From the NCBI GenBank assembly GCA_023229605.1, contig JALNYY010000005.1:485-64484 (forward strand): DNA of 64,000 nucleotides, given 5' to 3'. Below the pieces are notes generated by a model. The model saw only the letters and a list, made by a program, of their open reading frames with translations, ran no database searches and was not told where the DNA came from. The translations under genes were made by a program, and so were the position numbers. This stretch comes from Methylobacter sp. (GTDB taxonomy: Bacteria; Pseudomonadota; Gammaproteobacteria; Methylococcales; Methylomonadaceae). This document shows, piece by piece, positions 17,954-27,812 of this stretch; positions within the stretch are counted from its first letter, which is position 1; every line of letters begins with the position of its first letter.

Positions 17954-19768
17954 ATGGCCAAAAATGCACCTTTACAACGCGCAGCAGACGCGCCTTCTTT
18001 ACCCACCGGCACCGTCAAATTTATTTTGTACTGTCTAGCCGGTTTTCGGGGCTGGATTGTTTTGATGTTGATCATGGAGACTGGGCAGGCGGCAGCCAGT
18101 ATTCTGGTGCCTTATGCGATTAAAGCCATTATGGATGGCGTGGCGCATGTGTCCGGCACATCGGTGCTGGAAAGTTTACGCGGGCCCCTGCTGCTGTTGG
18201 CTGGTTTGAATGTAGCGGAAATCCTGTTTAGCCGGGCCAGCGGCGCGGTATTGATTATTATGGGGCCACGCTTGCGCCAGCGCACTACGAGAGCGCTGTA
18301 CGCCTATTTGCAATATCATGCGCCGCGTTATTTCGGCAGCCATTTTGCGGGCGCTTTAGCCCATCGTATCAGTGAAACGGCGATGAGCGTCAATCATACG
18401 ACATGGTCGGCGTTGTGCGATTTTTGGCCCATTCTGGTGACTTTCGGGGTTTCTGTCGCGCTGTTATTAAATGTGCATCAAGGTTTAGGCTTGTTGGTGG
18501 CAGGCTGGGTGTTTGCGTATGTGAGCCTTTCGTATTGGCTGGCAACGCGCTGCCAGCCTTATGCGCAGAGTTACGCGGCGACGCGCAGCCTGGTGAACGG
18601 CAAGATTGTTGATGCGGTGACCAATATCCTGAATGCCAAGCTGTTTGCACGGTTGCATTTTGAACGGGAGTATCTGGACGGTTTTTTGGAAACGGAAGTC
18701 CGGGCCGGACGCCGCACTTTCTGGTATATGGAACGGGTGCGCTGGTTCCAGTTTATTGCCGCCGCGGCGCTCAAAATCGGCACGGTGTACTATGCGTTGA
18801 CTTTGTGGGATGGCGGCGTAATCGGGGTAGGGGATTTCACGATGAGCGTCGGTCTGGCATTGTTGATCATCAGCGATGCGCGTAACTTGACCCGGCGTTT
18901 TTTGGAGTTTTTCGAATATGTGGGCAATGTCGCTAATGGCGTGGATACTATCGTTCAAGCGCATGAGATTGTCGATGTGCCCGATGCGCAGCCGCTAAAA
19001 ATTACCCAAGGCAGGATTGAATTTCGTAATGTGCGTTTCGGTTATGAGCCGAATCAAGCTGTGTTCGACGGCTTGAATGTAGTCATTGAACCGGGGCAGC
19101 GGGTCGGGCTGGTCGGATTTTCCGGTTCCGGCAAATCGACTTTCGTTGGGCTGATGTTGCGTAATTATGAACCGCAAAGCGGCCGGATTCTGATTGATGG
19201 CATGGATATTCAGCAAGTGTTGCTGGATTCGCTGCACGAACAGGTTAGTCTGATCCCGCAGGACCCCAGCTTGTTTCATCGCAGTCTGAAAGAAAACATC
19301 GGTTATGGCCGCTTGGCGGCGGACGATGAAGACATCCAAGAGGCGGCGCGTATGGCGCATGCCGATGAATTTATCCGGGTAATGCCTGAAGGCTATGACT
19401 CTTTGGTCGGCGAGCGGGGGGTGAAATTATCCGGCGGCCAGCGCCAGCGGATAGCGATTGCGCGGGTGATGTTGAAAGACGCGCCGATTTTGATTTTGGA
19501 TGAAGCGACGTCCAGTCTGGATTCGGTAACCGAAAAAACCATTCAGGAAAACCTGGATCGCGCTATGGGCCGCAAGACGGTTATCGCCATTGCGCACCGT
19601 TTGTCGACGATTGCGCATCTGGACCGGATTCTGGTGTTCGACCAAGGCCGTATCGTCGAAGATGGAGGGCATGATCAACTCTTGGCTAGGCAAGGCGTTT
19701 ATTACCGGTTGTGGAATATGCAGGCAGGCGGATTCTTGCCGGAATACGCAACAAAACACGATCACTGA
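17954..19768 (+). CDS. ABC exporter, fused TMD + NBD (MsbA/multidrug type)
   Basis: Six TM region, Walker A GFSGSGKST, signature LSGGQRQR, Walker B ILILDEATS, H-loop AHRLST. Confidence 0.93.
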   Translation: MAKNAPLQRAADAPSLPTGTVKFILYCLAGFRGWIVLMLIMETGQAAASILVPYAIKAIMDGVAHVSGTSVLESLRGPLLLLAGLNVAEILFSRASGAVLIIMGPRLRQRTTRALYAYLQYHAPRYFGSHFAGALAHRISETAMSVNHTTWSALCDFWPILVTFGVSVALLLNVHQGLGLLVAGWVFAYVSLSYWLATRCQPYAQSYAATRSLVNGKIVDAVTNILNAKLFARLHFEREYLDGFLETEVRAGRRTFWYMERVRWFQFIAAAALKIGTVYYALTLWDGGVIGVGDFTMSVGLALLIISDARNLTRRFLEFFEYVGNVANGVDTIVQAHEIVDVPDAQPLKITQGRIEFRNVRFGYEPNQAVFDGLNVVIEPGQRVGLVGFSGSGKSTFVGLMLRNYEPQSGRILIDGMDIQQVLLDSLHEQVSLIPQDPSLFHRSLKENIGYGRLAADDEDIQEAARMAHADEFIRVMPEGYDSLVGERGVKLSGGQRQRIAIARVMLKDAPILILDEATSSLDSVTEKTIQENLDRAMGRKTVIAIAHRLSTIAHLDRILVFDQGRIVEDGGHDQLLARQGVYYRLWNMQAGGFLPEYATKHDH

Positions 19769-19823
19769 AATCGGCTAACCATGCCGGTTTTAGTGAATTG
19801 AATGGATTACAAAATGACAGCGG

Positions 19824-19905
19824 TTAACCTAAAAAAATCAGTTGGAACGCGTGAAATCCGTTCGTGCCGAGCCCAGTCGAAGCATGAGCGGATTTTACGC
19901 TCCAC
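19824..19905. repeat. Palindromic element family A, copy 2 (partial, inverted relative to copy 1)
   Basis: TTAACCTAAAAAAATCAGTTGGAACGCGTGAAATCCGTTCGTG...GAGCGGATTTTACGCTCCAC matches the reverse complement of the 7887-8025 unit. Confidence 0.75.
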
Positions 19906-19976
19906 ATCATGCCGTCGCTAACAGGTGCATGAAAAATCATGACGAATAATATTTCAACTCAAGAGGATCGCCAATA

Positions 19977-20279
19977 ATGTTCACCTTACCTTCCACATGG
20001 AACCTGGTCATATCAACTATGGTATTTTTTATCGCAGCCGGGTATCTCCACCGTTATCTTGATAATCAGGGGATACCCAAGGGCATGACACGCGGCTTGA
20101 CGGTATTTTCGCTTGCCTCCTTGATGTCATGGGGGGCAGGAGAGATGGTGGACTGGGTTCAAGAAAAGATAGAGGGGCCGCAACCGCCGGTAGCGCAGAC
20201 TTCTTCGGATGATCTTTCGCAACTGCTGAAAGCGCTCGGTCAAGCGCAGTCTTCAGCAGAATTAAAAGGATCGAATTAG
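19977..20279 (+). CDS. Small membrane protein of unknown function
   Basis: GAGGA RBS; two hydrophobic segments. Confidence 0.65.
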   Translation: MFTLPSTWNLVISTMVFFIAAGYLHRYLDNQGIPKGMTRGLTVFSLASLMSWGAGEMVDWVQEKIEGPQPPVAQTSSDDLSQLLKALGQAQSSAELKGSN

Positions 20280-20322
20280 AGGATCTGTGTGCGCCTCATC
20301 GTGGGTAGTTCATGTGATGTAG

Positions 20323-20991
20323 CTATTGCTCCGCCGCTTTACGGTACCAATATGCCGCCTTGGTATCGTCCTGCGTTACCCCTTGGCCGGTTTTGTACTT
20401 GATGGCTACATTGTATTGGGCATTCGCATCGTCTTGTTCCGCAGCTTTGAGATACCAATCAAACGCTTGGGTATAGTCCTGCGGCACGGATTGGCCCAGT
20501 TCGTACATAAGGCCTAATTTGAACTGGGCTTTTGCATAGCCTTGTTCCGCCAAGTGCCGATAAAGCGATAAAGCTTCTGCGTACCGGCCTTGGTCGTGCA
20601 AATCATAGGCGCGTTGAAATATAACCTTAGCATCCTCAGTGCCTGATGGCGGCGGTTGCTGCGTGTATTCGCGCTGTGTCTGTTGTTTTTGGTCGTCCGG
20701 TTGTTCGGCTGTTTTGGCGGTTTCGTCAAACTGCGTATTGTCAGTCTGCTGTCCGGCGCCGGCCTCTTGTTCTTGAATCCAGGCATTATGCGCCGCGCGC
20801 TTAACCGGATCGATTAATACTGCGTAGGAAGCATTCACAAGTTTTATGATTCTTTCTGCTTCCTCATTGCTGCCCTGGAATTTGTCGGGATGAAAAGTTT
20901 GGCAAAGGGCTTTATAAGCCGCTCTGATAACACTGATGGGGGCGTCTCTTGTGACTTTCAGGTTGTCGTAATGGGTACGTATGTTAGCCAT
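20323..20991 (-). CDS. J-domain (DnaJ-like) protein with Sel1-like repeats
   Basis: THYDNLKV...HPDK...NASYAVL J-domain; AEQGYAKAQFKLG and AAEQDDANAQYN Sel1 repeats. Confidence 0.88.
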   Translation of the reverse strand: MANIRTHYDNLKVTRDAPISVIRAAYKALCQTFHPDKFQGSNEEAERIIKLVNASYAVLIDPVKRAAHNAWIQEQEAGAGQQTDNTQFDETAKTAEQPDDQKQQTQREYTQQPPPSGTEDAKVIFQRAYDLHDQGRYAEALSLYRHLAEQGYAKAQFKLGLMYELGQSVPQDYTQAFDWYLKAAEQDDANAQYNVAIKYKTGQGVTQDDTKAAYWYRKAAEQ

Positions 20992-21127
20992 AGAACTAAT
21001 TCTTTATTATTATTTTATTGTGAACAAATATCTGACAATTATAACTGTTTTCTGTTGTCGTATTAACCGCAAAAATGCATTGCGGACGGTATCCGGGATT
21101 TGGAGGGCGGGTTCGCTTTAACTGTTA

Positions 21128-21955
21128 TTAATCAACAGTCCATTGCACCAGGCCGCTGTATGACGTGGCGAGAACAATCAAGCCGAAGGCTATGCGGTAC
21201 CAGGCGAAAACAATGAAATCATGATGGCTGATATAACGCAATAACGCCTTGATTGCCAACAGCGCGCTGAGGAATGCGGCGATCAGTCCTGCGGCAAAAT
21301 AGGGGGCGTCGGTCGCCAGTTCTAATAAGTCGCGGTGTTTATACACATCGTAAATGCTGGCGGCGATCAATGTGGGAATCGCCAAAAAAAACGAGAATTC
21401 AGTTGCGGCTTTGCGCGACAGTCCGAACAGCAAACCGCCGATGATGGTCGAACCGGAGCGCGATGTTCCGGGAATCAGCGCGAAAGCCTGCGCGATGCCG
21501 AGTTTTAGCGCATCCAATGGATTCAAGTCTTCGACCTCAAGGATGCGGATTTTATGCTCCCGTTTTTCCGCCCAGATAATCACGAAAGCGCCGACGATAA
21601 ACGCCAGCGCTACCGGAATCGGCTTGAACAACACGGCTTTGATGTATTTGCCGAACAGCAGGCCCAGGATCGCTAACGGCATGAAGGCTATCATCAGGTT
21701 AAGGGTGAATTTTTGCGCCTGTTTCCGGTTGGGCAGGCCGATAATAACGGCCGCGATTTTGGCGCGATATTCCCAGCACACCGCCAGGATGGCGCCGACC
21801 TGAATCACAACTTCAAACAGCTTGCCCTTGTCGTCATTAAAACTCAGCAAGTCGCCAACCAGGATTAAGTGTCCGGTACTGGAAATCGGCAGAAATTCGG
21901 TCAGGCCCTCGACAATGCCGAGAATGATGGTTTTAAGCGTTAATATAAGATCCAT
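21128..21955 (-). CDS. uppP: Undecaprenyl-diphosphatase BacA/UppP
   Basis: [35 protein letters not shown]. Confidence 0.96.
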   Translation of the reverse strand: MDLILTLKTIILGIVEGLTEFLPISSTGHLILVGDLLSFNDDKGKLFEVVIQVGAILAVCWEYRAKIAAVIIGLPNRKQAQKFTLNLMIAFMPLAILGLLFGKYIKAVLFKPIPVALAFIVGAFVIIWAEKREHKIRILEVEDLNPLDALKLGIAQAFALIPGTSRSGSTIIGGLLFGLSRKAATEFSFFLAIPTLIAASIYDVYKHRDLLELATDAPYFAAGLIAAFLSALLAIKALLRYISHHDFIVFAWYRIAFGLIVLATSYSGLVQWTVD

Positions 21956-22284
21956 GTATTATCAATAATGTGGTGATTCGTTGGATAAATAATCCGAAAG
22001 CTCCGGTTTCGGAGTTGCTTTATTCATAATAAACCGCGATGTCGTAAAAAAACAAACATCCGGCGAACAAAACCCGAATCCGTCATCCCGCTTTCGGCGT
22101 CGAAATGACTAAAACGGGTGCATTGCTCCCCCTGCATTGTTTATACTATGTTCAATAACCAGAGCGTTTCTGGCCTTATTTTGATTATTTCATTAAAATG
22201 CCGGGTTACGCTACGCTTGTGCCCTATGGGTAAACCAACCTAGAATTTTTAATCCATGCATACCCGCCGTAACAGGATCAATCA

Positions 22285-24963
22285 ATGACCAACAGTTTAA
22301 TCTCAAAAATCACCGGACAGAATGACATCGATCCAGCAGAAACCAGAGAGTGGATGGAAGCGCTGCAAGCCGTGCTGGAACACGATGGCAGCGAGCGTGT
22401 ACATTTCCTGATTGAGCGGTTGGTTGAAGTAACCCGGCATGCGGGATTCGATATCCCTTTCAGCGCCAATACCGCCTACATCAATACTATTCCCGTTGAA
22501 CAACAGGCGCAGTTTCCCGGTGACATCGATATAGAACACAACATTCGTGCTTATGTACGCTGGAATGCGATGATGATGGTGTTAAGAGCGAATAAGCACA
22601 CCAACGTCGGCGGACATATCGCCAGTTTCGCTTCTGCGGCTACTTTATACGATATTGGTTATAACCACTTCTGGCATGCGCCTTCGGATCAGCATGGCGG
22701 AGACCTGATTTTTACTCAAGGCCATTTAACTCCCGGCGATTATGCGCGCGCTTTTTTACTGGGACGGTTAACGCTGGAACAGATGGATAACTTTCGTCAG
22801 GAAGTGAACGGTAACGGCTTGCCGTCTTATCCTCATCCCTGGCTGATGTCGGATTTCTGGCAGTTCCCGACGGTTTCCATGGGGCTTGGGCCGATTATGG
22901 CTATTTATCAGGCGCGTTTTATGCACTATTTGCAGGACCGCGGTTTTGCCGACACTTCAAACCGCAAGGTTTGGAGCTTTCTTGGCGATGGTGAAACCGA
23001 CGAGCCCGAATCTTTGGGCGCTATCGGCATGGCCGGACGGGAAAAACTGGACAATCTTATTTTTGTGATCAACTGTAATCTGCAACGCCTTGATGGGCCG
23101 GTCCGAGGCAACGGCAAGATTATTCAGGAGCTGGAAAGCGAGTTCCGCGGCGCCGGTTGGAATGTGATCAAGCTGGTTTGGGGCCAACGCTGGGATGCGC
23201 TGCTGGCCCGCGATAAAGACGGGCTGCTGGCGGCTCGTATGATGTCCTGTGTCGATGGCGATTACCAAACCTTTAAGGCTAAAGACGGCGCCTATGTGCG
23301 CGAACATTTCTTTAATACCCCGGAATTGAAAGCCATGGTTTCCGACTGGTCGGACCGCGACATCTATGAACTTAATCGCGGCGGACATGATTCGGTTAAA
23401 GTTTTTGCCGCTTTCCATGCGGCGGTGCATCATAAAGGGCAACCCACCGTCATTCTGGCTAAAACCATTAAAGGATACGGCATGGGCGATTCGGGAGAAG
23501 CCCAGAACATCTCTCATCAACAGAAAAAAATGAGCCCCAGTTCGTTAAGTAACTTTCGCAGTCGTTATGCGCTGCCGGTGACTGATGAAGAGTTGATCGA
23601 CCTGCCTTATCTGAGCTTTCCTGAAGGCTCAAAAGAGCTGGTTTATATGCGGAAGCGCCGCGCCGAACTAGGCGGTCATTTGCCTGCCAGAAGGGCAAAA
23701 TCCTATGCGTTGGATGTTCCTGTATTGAACGATTTCAAGCCTTTGCTGGAAGCCAGCGGCGAAGGCCGAGAAATTTCCACGACCATGGCTTTCGTACGGT
23801 TGCTTAACATTCTGGTTAAAGATAAAAACATCGGCAAGCGCGTCGTGCCGATTGTTCCCGACGAATCGAGAACGTTCGGTATGGAAGGCATGTTCCGACA
23901 ATTGGGCATCTGGTCGCAGGTCGGGCAGCTGTACACGCCGCAAGACGCCGATCAGCTGATGTTCTATAAGGAAGACAAGCACGGACAGGTCATGCAGGAA
24001 GGCATCAATGAAGCGGGCGGTTTGTGCGACTGGATTGCGGCCGGCACCTCGTATTCAACCCATAACGTGCCGATGATTCCGTTTTTTATTTACTACTCAA
24101 TGTTCGGTTTCCAACGGGTTGGGGATTTAATCTGGGCCGCCGCCGATCAACGCACCCGGGGTTTCCTAATGGGCGGCACGGCGGGCAGAACCACGCTGAA
24201 CGGCGAAGGTCTGCAACATGAAGACGGACACAGCCACTTGATGGCGGCGACCGTACCCAACTGCGTGTCCTACGATCCGACTTATGCCTATGAGCTGGCG
24301 GTAATTATCCAAGACGGTTTGCGACGCATGTATGTCGAGCAGGAAGATGTTTTCTATTACATCACCGTCATGAACGAAAACTATGAGCATCCAGCGATGC
24401 CTAAAGGCGTGGAGCTGGATATACTCAAAGGCATGTACAGCTTCAGCAAAGGTGCTAAAAAGAAAGGTCCTCGCGTACAGTTATTGGGTTCGGGAACGAT
24501 TTTCCGCGAAGTCGAGGCTGCAGCTCAGTTGCTGCGCGACGATTGGGGCGTGGAAGCCGATTTATGGAGCTGCACCAGCTTTACCGAGCTGGCCAGAAAC
24601 GGTCAATTCTGTGAGCGCTGGAATCGCTTTCATCCTACCGAAACACCCAAGCAATCCCATGTCGCGCACTGTCTTGCCAATGCGCAAGGCCCGGTGATTG
24701 CGGCAAGCGATTATACCCGCGCTTTTGCCGAACAGATCCGCAGTCTTATTTCCGCGCCTTATACCGTTTTGGGTACCGATGGCTTCGGCCGTTCCGATAC
24801 GCGCGAAAATCTGCGCCGCTTTTTTGAGGTAGACCGCTACCATGTAACGATCGCTGCGCTAAAAGGCCTGGCGGATCTAGGGCAGTTCGATGCAGCCAAA
24901 GTGGATGTGGCTATTGCCAAATACGGCATAAACCCAGATGCAGCAGCTCCCTGGCTAATTTAA
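22285..24963 (+). CDS. aceE: Pyruvate dehydrogenase E1 (homodimeric)
   Basis: DIDPAETREW, GGHIASF, PTVSMGLG, GDGETDEPES, NLQRLDGPV, GEGLQHEDGH. Confidence 0.97.
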   Translation: MTNSLISKITGQNDIDPAETREWMEALQAVLEHDGSERVHFLIERLVEVTRHAGFDIPFSANTAYINTIPVEQQAQFPGDIDIEHNIRAYVRWNAMMMVLRANKHTNVGGHIASFASAATLYDIGYNHFWHAPSDQHGGDLIFTQGHLTPGDYARAFLLGRLTLEQMDNFRQEVNGNGLPSYPHPWLMSDFWQFPTVSMGLGPIMAIYQARFMHYLQDRGFADTSNRKVWSFLGDGETDEPESLGAIGMAGREKLDNLIFVINCNLQRLDGPVRGNGKIIQELESEFRGAGWNVIKLVWGQRWDALLARDKDGLLAARMMSCVDGDYQTFKAKDGAYVREHFFNTPELKAMVSDWSDRDIYELNRGGHDSVKVFAAFHAAVHHKGQPTVILAKTIKGYGMGDSGEAQNISHQQKKMSPSSLSNFRSRYALPVTDEELIDLPYLSFPEGSKELVYMRKRRAELGGHLPARRAKSYALDVPVLNDFKPLLEASGEGREISTTMAFVRLLNILVKDKNIGKRVVPIVPDESRTFGMEGMFRQLGIWSQVGQLYTPQDADQLMFYKEDKHGQVMQEGINEAGGLCDWIAAGTSYSTHNVPMIPFFIYYSMFGFQRVGDLIWAAADQRTRGFLMGGTAGRTTLNGEGLQHEDGHSHLMAATVPNCVSYDPTYAYELAVIIQDGLRRMYVEQEDVFYYITVMNENYEHPAMPKGVELDILKGMYSFSKGAKKKGPRVQLLGSGTIFREVEAAAQLLRDDWGVEADLWSCTSFTELARNGQFCERWNRFHPTETPKQSHVAHCLANAQGPVIAASDYTRAFAEQIRSLISAPYTVLGTDGFGRSDTRENLRRFFEVDRYHVTIAALKGLADLGQFDAAKVDVAIAKYGINPDAAAPWLI

Positions 24964-24980
24964 CGGAAGAAGGACGCAAA

Positions 24981-26252
24981 ATGACCTTTTTGATTGAAAT
25001 TAAAGTTCCTGATGTCGGCAATGTCGCGGATATTGATGTAGTAGATGTTTTAGTTAAACCGGGCGACAAGGTAAAACTGGAACAAACTCTGGCTGTACTT
25101 GAGACGGATAAGGCCAGTATGGATTTGCCCTCCAGCGCAGCGGGTACGGTGCAGGAGGTGTTTATCAAGTCCGGCGACAAGGTCTCCGAAGGGACGTTGA
25201 TTGCGACGCTATTGGCGAGTGCCGAAGATAGTGCTGCAAAACCGGCGCAACAAGCTGTTGAGCCTGCACCTGTGCCGGTGGAAGCCGTCAGTGAGCCGGT
25301 CATTGCCAAACCTGAATCATTGCCGGAAACCTTGCCAAGCGCTGTTTCTGCCGGAGCGGCGCACGCCTCACCCAGTGTTCGGCTTTTCGCCCGTGAGCTG
25401 GGCGTTGATATACAAAAAATAACCGCCGGCAGCGGTCGTAAGGGACGCATCTTAAAAGACGATGTGAAAAACTTCGTCAAGAAAGTCATGGCTGAAGGTG
25501 TAGGACAGGCCGGCAGCGGAATCCCTGCTATGCCGAGCATAGACTTTTCCCAGTTCGGCGATATAGAAGAGCAAAAGCTCAGCAAAATAAAGCGCCTGAC
25601 CGGGCAGAATTTGAGTCGCGTGTGGCTGAATCTGCCTATGGTTACCTACCATGACGAAGCGGATATTACCGAAATGGAGGCGTTCCGCAATGCACTGAAT
25701 GCCGAGAAATCCAAGGAAGACATCAAAATCACCGGCTTGCTTTTTATCATCAAGGCGCTGGTTGCCGCATTGGAACAGTTTCCGCAATTTAACGCGTCGC
25801 TGTCCGTCGATGGCGAAAGACTGATTTTCAAGAAATATTTCAATATCGGTATCGCCGTCGATACGCCCAACGGGCTGGTAGTGCCGGTGCTGCGCGATGT
25901 GAACCGCAAAGGCGTCAACGAGTTATCCGCCGAATTGGCTGAAAAAAGCAGCAAAGCCCGTCTGGGTAAGCTGATGCCTGCCGATATGCAAGGCGGCTGC
26001 ATCACCATTTCCAGCCTCGGCGGAATCGGCGGCACGGCTTTTACGCCTATTGTTAATGCTCCTGAAGTCGCCATTCTCGGCGTTACCCGCGCCAAGATGC
26101 AGCCGGTTTGGAATGGCAAGGAGTTTGTGCCGCGCCTGATGTTGCCGCTGGATTTGACATACGATCATCGGGTGATTGACGGCGCGGAAGGCGCGCGTTT
26201 TATGGCTGCCGTCAAACAGTATTTGGGCGATATTCGCCGCCTGTTACTTTAA
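24981..26252 (+). CDS. aceF: Dihydrolipoamide acetyltransferase E2 (single lipoyl domain)
   Basis: ETDKASM lipoyl motif, HASPSVR E3-binding domain, DHRVIDG. Confidence 0.96.
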   Translation: MTFLIEIKVPDVGNVADIDVVDVLVKPGDKVKLEQTLAVLETDKASMDLPSSAAGTVQEVFIKSGDKVSEGTLIATLLASAEDSAAKPAQQAVEPAPVPVEAVSEPVIAKPESLPETLPSAVSAGAAHASPSVRLFARELGVDIQKITAGSGRKGRILKDDVKNFVKKVMAEGVGQAGSGIPAMPSIDFSQFGDIEEQKLSKIKRLTGQNLSRVWLNLPMVTYHDEADITEMEAFRNALNAEKSKEDIKITGLLFIIKALVAALEQFPQFNASLSVDGERLIFKKYFNIGIAVDTPNGLVVPVLRDVNRKGVNELSAELAEKSSKARLGKLMPADMQGGCITISSLGGIGGTAFTPIVNAPEVAILGVTRAKMQPVWNGKEFVPRLMLPLDLTYDHRVIDGAEGARFMAAVKQYLGDIRRLLL

Positions 26253-26265
26253 TCAGGGGAATGAT

Positions 26266-27699
26266 ATGGATGCTAATCCAGCGATTGATGAGTCTACGAT
26301 ACACGCAGAAGTTCTGGTATTGGGCGGCGGCCCCGGCGGTTATACGGCGGCATTCCGCGCTGCCGATTTAGGCAAGCAAGTGGTGTTGGTAGAGCGCTAT
26401 CCTGCCCTTGGCGGGGTGTGCCTTAATGTCGGCTGTATTCCGTCCAAAGCCTTGCTGCATGTCGCGCAGATCATTCATGAGGTCGATGAATTCGAGCAGC
26501 ACGGCCTCAGTTACGGCAAACCGACTTTTGATATAGACAAGATTCGGACCTGGAAAGAGAGTATTACCAAAACGCTGGTTGGCGGCTTGGCCCAATTGGT
26601 AAAACAGCGAAAAATAACCCTGATTCAGGGTACGGGGCAATTTATCTCGTCTAATAAGGTTGAGATAAAAACCGAAACAGGCGTGAAAACCGTCAGCTTT
26701 GATCAAGCGATTATTGCGGCCGGTTCGCATCCGACTAAAATCCCTGTTTTCCCGAATGATGATCCTCGTTTATGGGATTCGACCGATGCGCTGGATTTAA
26801 AAGAAATTCCCAAAAAACTGTTGGTCGTCGGCGGCGGCATCATCGGCCTGGAAATGGCTACGGTTTACCATGCATTGGGATCGGAAATCAGCGTGGTCGA
26901 ACTGATGAACCAGATCATTCCCGGTTGCGATAACGATCTGGTTACCCCGCTGTTCCGGCGCATTAAAAAGCAATATAAAAATATCTGGCTGGAAACGCGG
27001 GTTACTTCCATTGAGCCCGACGAAAAAGGCCTGAAAGTTGCCTTTGAAGGCAAGGGGGCGCCGGAATTTGAATTGTTTGATGCTGTGCTGGTAGCCGTAG
27101 GGCGCAGACCTAACGGCAAGTTGATCGGCGCGGAGCTGGCAGGCGTTAATGTTGATGATCTCGGTTTTATCGCCGTCGATAAGCAGCAGCGCACCAATAT
27201 CCCGCATATCTTTGCGATAGGCGATATAGCCGGCAACCCGATGCTGGCGCATAAGGCCTCGCACGAAGGTAAAGTTGCCGCCGAAGTTGCGGCCGGTTTA
27301 AAAGCCGGATTTGATGCCTTAACTATTCCCGCTGTTGCCTATACCGATCCTGAAGTAACCTGGATGGGTTTGACCGAAAACCAGGCCAAACAACAGGGCA
27401 TAGACTATGACAAAGCGGTTTTCCCTTGGGCGGCCAGCGGACGCTCCTTAAGTCTGGGGCGTAAGGAAGGCCTGACAAAAATTCTCTGCGAAAAGGAAAC
27501 CGGCAGGATACTCGGCGCGGGCATGGTCGGCCCCAACGCCGGTGAATTAATTGCCGAAGCGGTTCTGGCTCTGGAAATGGGCGCTGATGCGGAAGACATA
27601 GGTTTAACTGTTCACGCGCATCCGATGCTATCAGAAACCTTCGCTTTTGCTGCCGAAATGATCACCGGTTCGATTACCGATCTTTATATAAAAAAATAA
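26266..27699 (+). CDS. lpdA: Dihydrolipoamide dehydrogenase E3
   Basis: GGGPGGY, GGVCLNVGCIPSK, GGGIIGLE, HAHP.LSE; ATG 26266 after AGGGG. Confidence 0.96.
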   Translation: MDANPAIDESTIHAEVLVLGGGPGGYTAAFRAADLGKQVVLVERYPALGGVCLNVGCIPSKALLHVAQIIHEVDEFEQHGLSYGKPTFDIDKIRTWKESITKTLVGGLAQLVKQRKITLIQGTGQFISSNKVEIKTETGVKTVSFDQAIIAAGSHPTKIPVFPNDDPRLWDSTDALDLKEIPKKLLVVGGGIIGLEMATVYHALGSEISVVELMNQIIPGCDNDLVTPLFRRIKKQYKNIWLETRVTSIEPDEKGLKVAFEGKGAPEFELFDAVLVAVGRRPNGKLIGAELAGVNVDDLGFIAVDKQQRTNIPHIFAIGDIAGNPMLAHKASHEGKVAAEVAAGLKAGFDALTIPAVAYTDPEVTWMGLTENQAKQQGIDYDKAVFPWAASGRSLSLGRKEGLTKILCEKETGRILGAGMVGPNAGELIAEAVLALEMGADAEDIGLTVHAHPMLSETFAFAAEMITGSITDLYIKK

Positions 27700-27708
27700 G
27701 GCTTAAGT

Positions 27709-27749
27709 CACTGCATGGCTTGCGCTGCCGATGCGCAAGCCATGCAGTG
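27709..27749. terminator. 17-bp perfect hairpin between convergent genes
   Basis: CACTGCATGGCTTGCGC / GCGCAAGCCATGCAGTG. Confidence 0.7.
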
Positions 27750-27812
27750 GAAATTCGCGACTCCGCTAACACTCCGTTTCCATGACGAACTGCGGATGCC
27801 GCACTGCAAGAT

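Noticed and set aside
26176-26265. Longer lpdA start
   Set aside because: It overlaps aceF; the RBS supports ATG 26266.
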